From positions 8,806,001 to 8,870,000 of the forward strand of contig NC_087250.1 of NCBI RefSeq assembly GCF_037042905.1: DNA of 64,000 nt, read 5' to 3'. This document shows, piece after piece, positions 55,601 through 64,000 of this stretch. The notes under the pieces were generated by a model. It worked only from the letters and a program-made list of their open reading frames with translations, was not told the DNA's origin and did not search any database. A program made the translations under genes and the position numbers. Source of the stretch: Lytechinus pictus (lineage: Eukaryota). Numbering within the stretch: position 1 is the first letter of the stretch; each line of letters starts with the position of its first letter.

Positions 55601-57704
55601 GAAAAAAGACCCAACTTTTTCCATGGACCTACTACATGTACGTATTGTAGGTACATGGTTTTTCTCATCCCCTTTTTTTTCATACTTTGAGAAGGAAATG
55701 TGGCAAATCAATCATCAAGCTACAATACATGTCTAACCAATTAGGCCTACATGTACATGTATGTACTGTCTGAAGATTTCTTTGTGGAGCCTGTACCTTC
55801 AAAATAATATTTTTCACATTATACAGTTTTCAAAGAGGTCAAGTAGAACTAAAAAAGAAACAAAGTCTGTTCTTGATCAAATAAATTGACCCCCCCCCCC
55901 CCAGATGTTGGCCTACATGTAAGTAAACATCTGAGTTTATTCAAATTCCTTTTTGGGCATTATCTGGCTTGCATTATAGACTTTCAGATATATTTGTATT
56001 GGCTTGGTAAAGTAAATAAAGTAATCTGAAACTCTGAATAAACTAAAAGTAAAACACAAATACAAAAAACATTGCCTAGCCAAGTAAATTGCTATTCACA
56101 TCAATCAGTGCTCTAATAAAACCTGCTGATCCGGACAAGTCTCGGGCCAAGTCATAAAATTTTGAGTTTATTTTATTTATGGTGCAAGCTACATGTATTT
56201 CAAGAACGGGCTATTTTGATGTTACTTTTATGAGCATCAGGCCAGCCCCAGGCCCACATTTTTTAATGGGTGATCATAAAAGTAGCGCCAGCTCTGCTAA
56301 AGGTACCGAACGCAATGTTTTGGACTATTATTGGCACGGGCCTGGCGCGGCGCAAAAAATAAATTTTGGTATAGAATACCAGCCCTGCAATACAGACTAT
56401 TCTCCATGTACAGGTGGCTAGCAAGCAAGAATATACATGTGTAGGTAACCAGATATAGTCATATGAGTCATCCACAGCTGGGAATTTCATTAAAGGTCAT
56501 TTTTTTTGCTCTCAACTCAAGGGTTAAAGTAAACACAGAAAAACCAACTGTGTTTTCAATCTAGACTGGCCAACATTTCTGAGTTATTAAAAAAAATATC
56601 AAAAACTATTTCAATCTGTCCTTTATGGCGACCGTATGTACCTCGAGCTGTTTCATGAAAAAAATTAAAGAAATGACACTATTCATGAATTTTCATGAAG
56701 AAATTAAAGAAATGACATTATTACCCCCCCCCCCATAGGCATTATGTACTATGGGCTTGTTTCGGTGAAGAAACTAAAATAATTACCCCCCCCCCCTTGT
56801 CCCCTGTGTAAATCCTGTTTATAAAAAGATAAAAACGTGTAAATTTATGAAAAAGTGTGTTGTCTTTGGATGATTAAATTTACTGCATGTGCTGTGTTGA
56901 TGCAAATGTGCTGTACATGTACATATACTGGGACGCTTGTCTGAGTCAGCATTGCTCATTGTGTGTGTGCAACCACTGGAAGGTCATGCAAATAAGGTCA
57001 ACTTTTTTGTGACTTCTGATAAAAATAGGAACCATTACTGTTCGAAGTTATTGTTTACCTTGGCGGAACAATTGAATGATATCAGGATTTCATGTACATG
57101 TAACCAACACCAAATTTAAAGATAAATATTTTACATACAATACTATGCTTTTCACACTGCACTTTTTTTCCTTAACCCCAGGGTTAAACTATTAAAGCCC
57201 ACTTCGTTTTCACACTACGTTTAGCAAAGTGGGCTAGCATGGTAAATACACTGTAGTACGGTAGTATCTGCCCCAGCAAAAAAGCACGGCTAGCCGGCTT
57301 ATTGTGGTGCTAGCACCACAAATTGCAGTGCTTAGAGATGCAACGTGAAACGAAACATGGCTATTAAAGGAAAAGCGGGGCTAAGCATTAGCCAATCACA
57401 GAAGTCAAAATTGCTCGTTAATCGCGCTCTGTACGGTAAAATCATCAATATTCATGAGCTGTGCGATAGTCCGGGGTTAAGGCGTTAACCCCGGCTATTA
57501 AAGCAAATAGTATGGGGTTAAGAAAGACAGTGTGAATCGAAAAAGAGTATGGGGTTAGGAATAGTCTGGGTTATGGGATTAAGGAAATTAAGTGTGAAAA
57601 GCACATAAGAGTGCTTGATATCACAGGGGAAAGTCTCTATTTATTCTCTTCAGAGCTAAACTTACCTTATCAAAGTATTCCCTGATTTCATCCATCTCAT
57701 CCAT
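22495..57704 (-). CDS. PLS: Plastin/fimbrin (actin-bundling protein), 14 coding exons, 618 aa, whole-gene span
   Basis: Exons 57666-57704, 49453-49608, 47320-47473, 45918-46029, 44469-44676, 39016-39160, 36381-36505, 34624-34698, 30623-30749, 29928-30016, 28985-29174, 27613-27722, 25640-25792, 22495-22668 join in frame with GT-AG boundaries (1857 nt). Two EF-hands followed by four calponin-homology domains with plastin signatures ([107 protein letters not shown]). Confidence 0.96.
22705..23097. mobile_element. TTAA-flanked repeat family member
   Basis: TTAA|AG...CT|TTAA; homologous segments at ~42025-42425, ~35580-35670, ~31960-32040 and ~36280-36380. Confidence 0.65.
23154..23744. mobile_element. 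TTAA-flanked MITE (Kolobok-like)
   Basis: TTAA|AGGGGTACTCCGG...CTGGAGCATTCCT|TTAA; internal similarity to the other TTAA families. Confidence 0.7.
25640..25792 (-). CDS. PLS: Plastin coding exon 13 ([16 protein letters not shown]...LDLVDAIKP...), CH4
   Basis: ctggttag|CTC...GAG|gtaaga; 153 nt. Confidence 0.95.
27613..27722 (-). CDS. PLS: Plastin coding exon 12 ([11 protein letters not shown]...EIVSWANTK)
   Basis: tgtccag|CT...AAG|gtaaat; 110 nt. Confidence 0.95.
27826..28755. repeat. Intronic minisatellite, ~91-bp unit, ~10 copies
   Basis: aactgttccaaaggtaccttgtgtgtgttaat... at 28127, 28218, 28309, 28398 and others. Confidence 0.9.
28985..29174 (-). CDS. PLS: Plastin coding exon 11 (LFDIVNPG...[10 protein letters not shown]...GTVNLTL), CH3
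   Basis: aattag|CTG...CTT G|gtaagg; 190 nt. Confidence 0.96.
29180..29892. repeat. (AAT)/(CAT)n compound microsatellite
   Basis: Directly visible trinucleotide repeat. Confidence 0.95.
29928..30016 (-). CDS. PLS: Plastin coding exon 10 ([29 protein letters not shown]), CH3
   Basis: aattag|CA...GAG|gtcagt; 89 nt. Confidence 0.95.
30623..30749 (-). CDS. PLS: Plastin coding exon 9 ([19 protein letters not shown]...EETREEK)
   Basis: ttttgtag|GAT...AAG A|gtaagt; 127 nt. Confidence 0.95.
30789..31850. mobile_element. Non-autonomous hAT-type element
   Basis: TIR CAGGGGTTCTCAAACT...AGTTTGAGAACCCCTG; 8-bp TSD ATCTAGGG; nested small element at 31331-31495. Confidence 0.85.
33164..34099. mobile_element. 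Non-autonomous element with TTAA TSD (Kolobok-like), nested in another repeat
   Basis: TTAA|GGACGTTCCACAGTTA...TAACTGTGGAACGTCC|TTAA. The host repeat spans ~32670-34404 and resumes after the insertion. Confidence 0.8.
34624..34698 (-). CDS. PLS: Plastin coding exon 8 ([25 protein letters not shown])
   Basis: ctattag|AGT...AAG|gtaggt; 75 nt, phase 0/0; matches the plastin RAE.ML..A..L.CR.FV motif. Confidence 0.92.
34820..34947 (-). mobile_element. 3' fragment of a SINE-like element with (TAA)n tail
   Basis: (tta)n tail on the plus strand followed by a SINE-like body; overlaps in sequence with a decayed tRNA-like head at ~46065-46152 (tacccacatt). Confidence 0.45.
34948..35328 (+). mobile_element. 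Repeat with two ~190-bp internal units and a 3' hairpin (Helitron/Helentron-like non-autonomous element)
   Basis: Unit tgaccctaaatgacctttgacc... occurs at 34948 and 35139; terminal stem-loop gtctcgc...gcgagac followed by an A run. Classification is an inference. Confidence 0.5.
36381..36505 (-). CDS. PLS: Plastin coding exon 7 ([28 protein letters not shown]...), CH2
   Basis: ttacag|GA...TCG|gtatgt; 125 nt. Confidence 0.92.
37638..38971. repeat. Tandem duplication of ~665 bp
   Basis: 37638-38301 is collinear with 38302-38971; identical ORF translations at 37992-38174 and 38662-38844. Confidence 0.92.
39016..39160 (-). CDS. PLS: Plastin coding exon 6 (IGLFANIDL...[18 protein letters not shown])
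   Basis: cacag|ATT...GAC G|gtgagg; 145 nt. Confidence 0.95.
39975..40450. mobile_element. MITE with ~21-bp TIRs flanked by TA
   Basis: TA|GGTGGTTTCAAACCGCCTCGA...TCGAGGCGGTCTGAAACCACC|TA; internal repeats tttgctttcagaccgccaaaatacc. Confidence 0.8.
42463..42642. mobile_element. 180-bp non-autonomous element with TAG...CTA ends and 9-bp TSD (Academ-like)
   Basis: Termini TAGTCTGC...GCAGACTA; TSD GTGCAACTG at 42454-42462 and 42643-42651. Related inverted copy at ~53400-53551 and related termini at ~52353-52374 and ~54850. Confidence 0.75.
44140..44353 (-). mobile_element. tRNA-derived SINE
   Basis: Minus strand head GGAGGCGCGATAGCTCAGTCGGTAGAGCG...GGGTTCGATTCCC has Pol III A and B boxes, followed by a non-tRNA body; no complete cloverleaf or terminator. 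The 3' end is approximate. Confidence 0.8.
44469..44676 (-). CDS. PLS: Plastin coding exon 5 ([14 protein letters not shown]...LGLVWQIIR), CH1
   Basis: ttaatag|C AAA...CGG|gtaggt; 208 nt. Confidence 0.96.
45918..46029 (-). CDS. PLS: Plastin coding exon 4 (YINEGL...[12 protein letters not shown]), CH1
   Basis: tttaaag|GA...TG|gtaagt; 112 nt; phases match both neighbours; absent from the ORF track. Confidence 0.93.
46719..47293. mobile_element. Poly-G/poly-C-ended element with 8-bp TSD
   Basis: CCCGGGG...CCCCGG ends; subterminal inverted repeat cattgacgagtggataccatgcgcgacc; TSD TAAAAGAT. Confidence 0.8.
47320..47473 (-). CDS. PLS: Plastin coding exon 3 (LYDDIKK...[23 protein letters not shown])
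   Basis: taacag|CTA...ACA A|gtacga; 154 nt; plastin headpiece-ABD1 linker motif GT.HS.S.EE..AF. Confidence 0.93.
47788..48402. mobile_element. MITE of the AGGACAAGTCCACCCC family (TTAA-type, Kolobok-like)
   Basis: Long imperfect terminal inverted repeats. Other copies at 51673-52275 (full) and ~25125-25568, ~16300-16535, ~57840-58520 (partial). Confidence 0.8.
48769..49370. mobile_element. TTAA-flanked MITE (Kolobok-like)
   Basis: TTAA|AGGAGAATGAAAC...GTTTCATTCCCCT|TTAA with long inverted arms. Confidence 0.75.
49453..49608 (-). CDS. PLS: Plastin coding exon 2 (EF-hand loops [12 protein letters not shown] and [12 protein letters not shown])
   Basis: ttttcag|ATG...AAG|gtatga; 52 codons; two canonical EF-hand loops. 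Confidence 0.95.
50595..50830. repeat. (CTT/CCT)n microsatellite
   Basis: Directly visible. Confidence 0.9.
51673..52275. mobile_element. MITE, same family as 47788-48402
   Basis: TTAA|AGGACAATTCCAACCC...GGGTGGACTTAACCT|TTAA; collinear with the other copy. Confidence 0.8.
52570..53047. mobile_element. Poly-G/poly-C-ended element with 8-bp TSD
   Basis: CCCGG(G)n...(C)nGG; subterminal inverted repeat gtcaaatatat.gctgtac; TSD GTTGTGAT. Confidence 0.8.
54105..54533. mobile_element. Non-autonomous hAT-type element
   Basis: TIR CAGGGTGCTACATAA...TTATGTAGCACCCTG; 8-bp TSD CATGTAGA; repeated subterminal CTTGCCC/GGGCAAG motifs. Confidence 0.85.
57147..57602. mobile_element. MITE with GCTTTTCACAC TIRs
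   Basis: gcttttcacact...agtgtgaaaagc; inverted partial copy at ~49790-49975. Confidence 0.7.
57666..57704 (-). CDS. PLS: Plastin coding exon 1 ([13 protein letters not shown])
   Basis: ATG...AAG|gtaag, phase 0; encodes the entering helix of EF-hand 1. Putative acceptor (atcatttgcag) near 57832 implies a further upstream non-coding exon. Confidence 0.85.
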
Positions 57705-58119
57705 TCTGTTGGTTTATTTCCTATCTACTGTAGCTATGAAGAGGCGTACTGTATCGGTTTACTTCCGTCAATTCTCGATGTGAAAGATCTTATGACCAGC
57801 TCTGCATGAAAATGTACATGCCACTCAGAAGCTGCAAATGATGATAAAAAGGAGAATGATGGACTAATTTCAAGCATAATGCTAGAATTTCATCAAAATC
57901 TTATTGTAAAATAAGAAAGTTTTGCATATTTTTTTCACAAAACAGTATGCAAATCTCATGCAAAGGAGAGTTAGCGATTTCCCTTAGGCCTACTCAATAT
58001 TTTTTTTTAATTATTTAAATTCAACATTTGAATTTACACAGATTTGACAATAATGACCAACTTGACTGAACCACAAAATGCTCAAACAATGGACATTCCA
58101 CATGTTCAGGGAGTAATTA

Positions 58120-58463
58120 TAGGGAAGAAATAATAAAGATAAACTTATGTCAACTACATTCAGCTAAACCACCATTCCAAAAAATAGTGAATTTTGATGA
58201 CAAACAGATCGGGATCAGCCAGGCCAGGTTCTTCATCCATCGCCGTCAGCTACAGCTGAGCGTACGGACGCGCCAGCGGATTGGCTGGCACGTTCGTATG
58301 CCCGGCTGTAGCTGTGCTTACGGGGATCGAACTTGAAGAAGATTCTGATCTGTTAGACTTAGTTAGTGTTAGTGTTTGTCATCAAAATTCGCTATTTTTA
58401 GGAAAGGTGGTAATAAAGCTGAATGTATTTTAATAAAAATCTATCTTTACTATTTCTTCCCTA
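58120..58463. mobile_element. Inverted-repeat element inserted in a decayed TTAA-family MITE
   Basis: tagggaagaaata...aattttgatgacaaaca pairs with tgtttgtcatcaaaatt...tatttcttcccta. The flanks (ggacattccacatgttcagggagtaat and its inverse) match the 47788-48402 family. Confidence 0.6.
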
Positions 58464-58667
58464 TTAGTATTACTCCCTGAACATGTGGAATGTCCATTGT
58501 TAATAACATTTTGTGGTTCATTCAAAACAAAAAAATATGAAAAGCTTTGCCTAGGCTTTCTTTCTTCTCATCTCATTTCTTTCTTCTCATCTCAGCCGGC
58601 CTCAGGCTCAGCCTGCGCTTCAGCGCAGGCCAGCGCCGGGCAGTGGGCGCAGCTCACTCGCAGTTAA

Positions 58668-59186
58668 CCCAGAGAGCTCCCGCCCGCGCAGCGGGCGGGA
58701 GCCCAGAAGCTTACCGTGTATTTTACCATTGTCACCGGACTAGTGTGATTTATGGTCTAAATATTTCTCAAAATGAATTGTGAAAACAGAAAGTATACAA
58801 TTACCACGATTATATGGATGAAGGTCTAACGAGTGGCAGTTTCCTGACATCTGGGCACAGACTGGAACCTCAAATAAACGAAAAGTTCTCTCCTCTACCC
58901 CAGTCTCGATCGGCCATTTTGTTACGATTTTTAACAAAAATGGCCGATCGAAACGGGGGTAGGAGAGAACTTTTCGTTTTTTGAGGTTCCAGTCTGTGCC
59001 CAGATGTCAGGAAACTGCCACTCGTTAGACCTTCATCCATATAATCGTGGTAATTGTATACTTTCTGTTTTCACAATTCATTTTGAGAAATATTTAGACC
59101 ATAAATCACCCTAGTCCGGTGACAATGGTAAAATACACGGTAAGCTTCTGGGCTCCCGCCCGCTGCGCGGGCGGGAGCTCTCTGGG
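58668..59186. mobile_element. Fully palindromic 519-bp MITE with TTAA flanks and CCC...GGG termini (piggyBac-type signature)
   Basis: TTAA|CCCAGAGAGC...GCTCTCTGGG|TTAA; ~255-bp near-identical inverted arms around a ~7-nt spacer (58925-58931). Confidence 0.85.
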
Positions 59187-59295
59187 TTAACTCGCAGTGA
59201 GACATGAGTTGACTAGCTAGTGAGTAGTGGGCGTGCCCGCAGACACAGCTGGCTTCGGCCCGCGCTCCGGGCAGCGTGGGCAGTCGGTCACGGAT

Positions 59296-60232
59296 TAGCC
59301 TCTTGTCGAGGCCCTGTCGGCTGCTTTCCGAGCGAACATGGCAAAGCACGGGAGAGAGCGAAGCAGAGCGAAGCAGAGCGCCGCGAGACAGGGCCTCTGG
59401 ACATCTGTACCGAATTTCACCGACTTTCTTTTGTTTTTTATTGTTTTTACCAATTCACCGACCAAAAACTGGTCGGTGAAAATCATCCAATGAGAGCGCG
59501 AGCTGCTATGACGTCATATTAAATATTCATGAGCTCATCTTGAATGGCGACCCTTGGATTCTTGGCGAAGAGTGACGACGAAATATCAAAGAGCACTGAA
59601 TATGCCTCTAAAATGCTGAATATTGACCGATTTAAGGATTTGCAAGTCGATGAAATTAACTCTGCACTGAAAGGACGAGATGTCTTTGTAAATCTACCCA
59701 CAGGATATGGAAAAAAAAGTAATATTTCATGCGATTCCACCGGTCGATCCGGGGCGTCGATTATCGATCTCCGCTTTGCAGTGCAGTGAGGGAAGCTGGA
59801 GTGGAGTTGCTGGGAGTTGACTCGAGTCTGACCAGCGGCTGAGCAGTATCTCCCGGGAAGTTTCGGGGCGGTGATGGGTCTGTTACGGCCAGTAGTAATA
59901 GTAGTAGTAGTAGTAGTACCACTACTTGTAGCATTTTGCTGGTTATATCCCCTTTAGTGTCCCGCAATTAAATGAATCCCCTGCAGAATAGTGTACTACT
60001 ATATAGAGTATTCCGAACCCAAGACGAAACAGCTCTGACATTTCATTGGTTTACTCGGTGACCGGTAATATCATGACTCATGTATATTCATTAGGAAGAC
60101 GTTCCTCATGAATATATAATTCAGTTCAGATGTCAAGAGGCCCTGGCTCGCGCCAGGCCTAATTCGCTTCGCGAATTAGGAAAGCCCTCGCTTCACTCGG
60201 GAAGCAGCTGCCAGGGCCTCGACAAGAGGCTA
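59296..60232 (+). mobile_element. Non-autonomous AcademH-like DNA transposon (937 bp) with a RecQ-type helicase fragment
   Basis: Perfect 21-bp TIR TAGCCTCTTGTCGAGGCCCTG, extending imperfectly to ~41 bp; 9-bp TSD GTCACGGAT at 59287-59295 and 60233-60241; internal SF2 helicase motif I remnant. Confidence 0.85.
59544..59750 (+). pseudogene. Truncated, frameshifted RecQ-like SF2 helicase N-terminus inside the transposon
   Basis: FKDLQVDEINSALKGRDVFVNLPTGYGK (Q-motif region plus Walker A). After the A8 run at 59711-59718 a shifted frame continues VIFHAIP; the rest of the domain is missing. Confidence 0.8.
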
Positions 60233-61859
60233 GTCACGGATAGGTGGCTCGCTTGAGCCGTGGGCTTCGCTTCAGCAAGAAAAAGACACCTCAAAATCCC
60301 AGGGTAAGATCTACATTGTCATCAAAGATATCACCTACGAATAATACCTGTAGCTTGGATGTTACTTTTCCTCGAGTTGGTAAGTGAATAAATCCTGATA
60401 AAAACCACAATGAGCCAAAATATCTGTTTACTTTCACAAAGAAACCATTCCTCTCACACACGACACACACACGATCCAGCGAAAATATCAAGTTCACCCA
60501 CTGACTGAATTAAACTATTTCACCGACCACCTGTGGATGTTCCGCATTGCCAATTTAACATTACGACAAAAAAACGTATAAGTTTCGACAAAAGAAAACA
60601 AATAAAAACTTATATTGCTACGTTTACAAAATCTATACAAAAACTTAAAATGCATATATAATTATTATATAAATTACAATAAAATAGTAACATTATATTT
60701 GTTTACATCAAATAAATATGATAATCGTTATATATGCTAGCAAACAAATTGGATTTTATAAATAGTCCGCTTACATTAGTCCCAGAAGAGGAGGAAGTTG
60801 GAGAGAGAGAGTGGAGAGATAGAATAGTTCACCAAATAAGGAAGTCAAGATAAGTTGTGCCAGTGCCAACGTACCCGGAAGCTGCGGAAACACAAGTGGG
60901 AGGGGGGCTGTAGATCCCACCACCCCCCTCCTCTATCAGCCCGCTACCCCTGATAAAAAAATATTTTAAAAAAATAAACACTTTTCAGAGACAATGGCCA
61001 ATTTTCAGTCATTATGCCCCCACATAGCACTAGACGGATCCAGCAGCGGTAGCGTTTTTTTTCTTCTTCGTCGATCTTTTCTTACTATTGGGCAACAAAA
61101 AGTGGGGGGTCACAGGCATATTTAGTATTCTTTTTTTAGTACTTATTTTTCAGTTTTAGAAAATTACTAAGGGCATGCGCAAGTATATAGGGAGGGCAAC
61201 ACTATGACTGTGGGGCAAATTCGCCCCCCCCCCCTTCCTCCTCAATTGCTCGGGCCTTGTGAAGATCCAAAACGGTGGCGGAATGACCCAAATATTTTGA
61301 GGAGGCACAATATGAAGGAGGCCTATTTGTGGGGGGATTCCTGAAAGTAGATGGTGATCGAGACAAGCGAGAACGGTCGGCCTTTTAAAACTTAAAACCT
61401 TATATATATTTTGTGATATTCAACAAAATTATCATTTTCTTTTCATTTCCTTTTCTTTTTCTCAATCCTCTACTGTTGTTGTTGCTATTTTGGGGGGAGG
61501 GGCTATAGAGCCACCCAAGACTCGTCTATTTCACAAGAGGGCCATTATGATTCTGATGGCCCCTCATTGTATTTATTTATTTATTTATCTATTTATTTAT
61601 TTATTTACTCATTTATCTATTTATTTATTTGTTTGTTTGTTTCTTCTATTATTATTATTTTGCGATAGGGAAAACTGGGTGGTGGGATATTACATAATTC
61701 AGGAGGAAAAAACGAATTTCAGGGATAACACAAGAGTGAAATTTTAAACCAAAGTAAAGTCTGGGAAAACAAAACTGCGGATAATTATGTGAATATCGGC
61801 CCCTCAAGCATCAGTCGCAGTGTTAAACTTTTTTTTGACCAGCAACTGACGCATGGAAA

Positions 61860-62122
61860 CTCTTCTTCTTCTCCCTCCTCCTCCTCGATGCTCTTCTTCT
61901 TCTTATTCATCATCATCTTCTTCTTCTTATTCTTCTTCTTCTTCATCATCTTCTTCTTCTCCTTCTTCTTCATCATCATCTTCTTCTTCTTCTCCTCCTT
62001 CTTCGTCTTCTTCATCATCATCTTCTTCTTCTCCTTCTTCTTCTTCTCCTCCTTCTTCGACGCCTTCTTCTTTTTTTTTCTTCAAGTTCTTCTTCTTTTT
62101 CCTCCTACTCCTCCTTCTCTCC
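61860..62122. repeat. (CTT)n microsatellite
   Basis: Directly visible. Confidence 0.9.
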
Positions 62123-63516
62123 CTTTTAAACAATATAATATAAGATCTCCTGATTTCAAGTTATCTTTATCATCAAGACATATTGCCCGGCAACATATAG
62201 CAGAAACAAAAGGCTGGTCATCTTTGCCAATATTGACAAACGAGCGATACATAAAAACTGATAAGACGTATAGGACCAAATGGCGACACTATAATAGGAG
62301 GGGGGTCGCGCCCTATACCAAAAAGGCACCCCCCCCCCCTTGGTTGGCAACTAACATGTTAACATAGCTCAGCGGCCAATCATGATCAAGGTTTTTATGT
62401 ATAGGTGCCAATCAATGGAAAGTCATTGTGGTTTAGACTATAACCATGCCAACAACAAAAAGTGTCGTGTTGATTGACGTAAATTATAAAGGCTACACCA
62501 TGTCATTTTACTCCAGGGTTAAAATTTCCGGTGCTAGATCAGCACTGTTACTCCAACACCGTGATTGTTAGTTTTACACCCTTTGGTGCTATGTTAATTC
62601 TCTAGGGTGTATTTTGAACACCTTTTGAACACATGTGGGTGTGATACTCTGCCTGGAACACCAAATGGTGTCAATTTCAACACCCCTTCTTTTTCCTCTA
62701 AAGACTGATCTTTTTTTCGTGAACAAATTTGTGTCAGACGCGATCATAAAAGCCTCAGCCAAGTTATCAGATTGTGGTTAGATCGAGCTCCTGATAAATT
62801 TGGGATTTTGTTTGTTTTTCCTCCTTTTGTTACGTTTGTCTTTCCGGTTTTGCTCGTCACATAGGTAAATTGCCAATTCGTCTATTGCAACTCGTCCACT
62901 CATCACATGTTCTAACTTCATCTATTAACATTTCGTCTAACAACCACTTGGTTCAATAACCATTTGGTCCAGCCACCACTTTGTCTAATAACCAGTTCGT
63001 CTATAACCATATCGTCTCATAACCAGTTGGTCTAATATCAATTTCATTTTCATCCATTTCGCCCAGGTATAACTGTAGTGAGACGAAATGGTGAGTGGAC
63101 GATTTGGATTTTAGTGGACGAACTGCATGCCGTAGACCAAATTATAGTAGAAAATAAACCGTTATGCAGGCTCCTAAAATGAAGACCTCTGATTTCGCAT
63201 AACAAAGTACATCATTACATTCAGATTTGGATTTTATATATTTTGTCATATCTTTCCCAAGACTTGTCTGACATTGAGCAATGAAATATTCTTGTTCTAT
63301 TCTAACAAAAATTAATTAAAACACGTTAAATGAAAACATCAATATATCACTGGCGTAATGAGCTCAATTTTTAGGAGGCCAGACATGGCGTATATATGGG
63401 GTAAAATTTATAAAGAGCTACGACACAAAAGTCTCATTCTCTAGCTGCTAGATTTAAATTAAGAAAACTGATGTCATATCCGTTTCCAACTCCTCTCTTT
63501 TTTTTCTCGGTCGTGA

Positions 63517-63547
<31 letters not shown>

Positions 63548-64000
63548 AGTGCCACCAATTGAATATTAAACAAAGACCTGCGAAACTTATACAATTATTA
63601 TTCATTTGATCAAAATAAATCATACTTCAAATAAAAAAATAAGACAAAGACGATTCATGGACAACCCATTATTCGGCAACAACAAACGTATTAGGCCTTG
63701 GCCAAATTATCAGGATGCTTTCTACATGTTCTATTACTTTTCTTTATTTTAACTTGTTTAGGATCGTAATGAAGGCAAAAACACTTGAATAAGAAAGAGA
63801 TGGAAAATAATGACTTGCCATTCTCGGCGGAAACTAGCGCGTCTATCAGACAAACTTCGATAAACCATCGGTTGTCATGGTAATATCATCTCGTGATTAC
63901 ATAATCAGTAATATAATGGAAATTGATGGGAGAAAAGGGCAATGGCAATTTATTTTGAATGGAGTTTCTGATAACGGAAAACATAGTCCCTTCACAGTAA

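Noticed and set aside
59544..59789. Host RecQ helicase gene
   Set aside because: Only motif I is present, it is frameshifted, no further exons are visible, and it is enclosed by TIRs and a TSD.

Overview
AT-rich, repeat-dense animal genomic DNA. The repeat landscape resembles echinoderm/sea-urchin DNA; this is an inference and was not verified. Two protein-coding genes, both on the minus strand, were reconstructed by hand. (1) A GT10 alpha-1,3/1,4-fucosyltransferase-like gene: one 1593-bp exon (8367-9959) plus a probable 24-nt first coding exon (12312-12335). (2) A complete plastin/fimbrin gene with 14 coding exons over 22495-57704. All its introns are GT-AG with compatible phases; it has 1857 coding nt, giving 618 aa (2 EF-hands + 4 CH domains). 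Introns and flanks hold many non-autonomous DNA transposons with readable TIRs and target-site duplications, a tRNA-derived SINE, minisatellites and microsatellites. Most notable observations: a 937-bp TAG...CTA element with a 9-bp TSD carrying a RecQ-type helicase fragment (AcademH-like), plus a 180-bp element with the same terminus/TSD signature; a near-perfect 519-bp TTAA-flanked hairpin element; decayed tandem copies of splice acceptor plus exon start upstream of two plastin exons; and three different poly-G/poly-C-ended elements that all have 8-bp TSDs. No prokaryotic systems, CRISPR arrays or rRNA were seen. Most ORFs in the supplied track are spurious.
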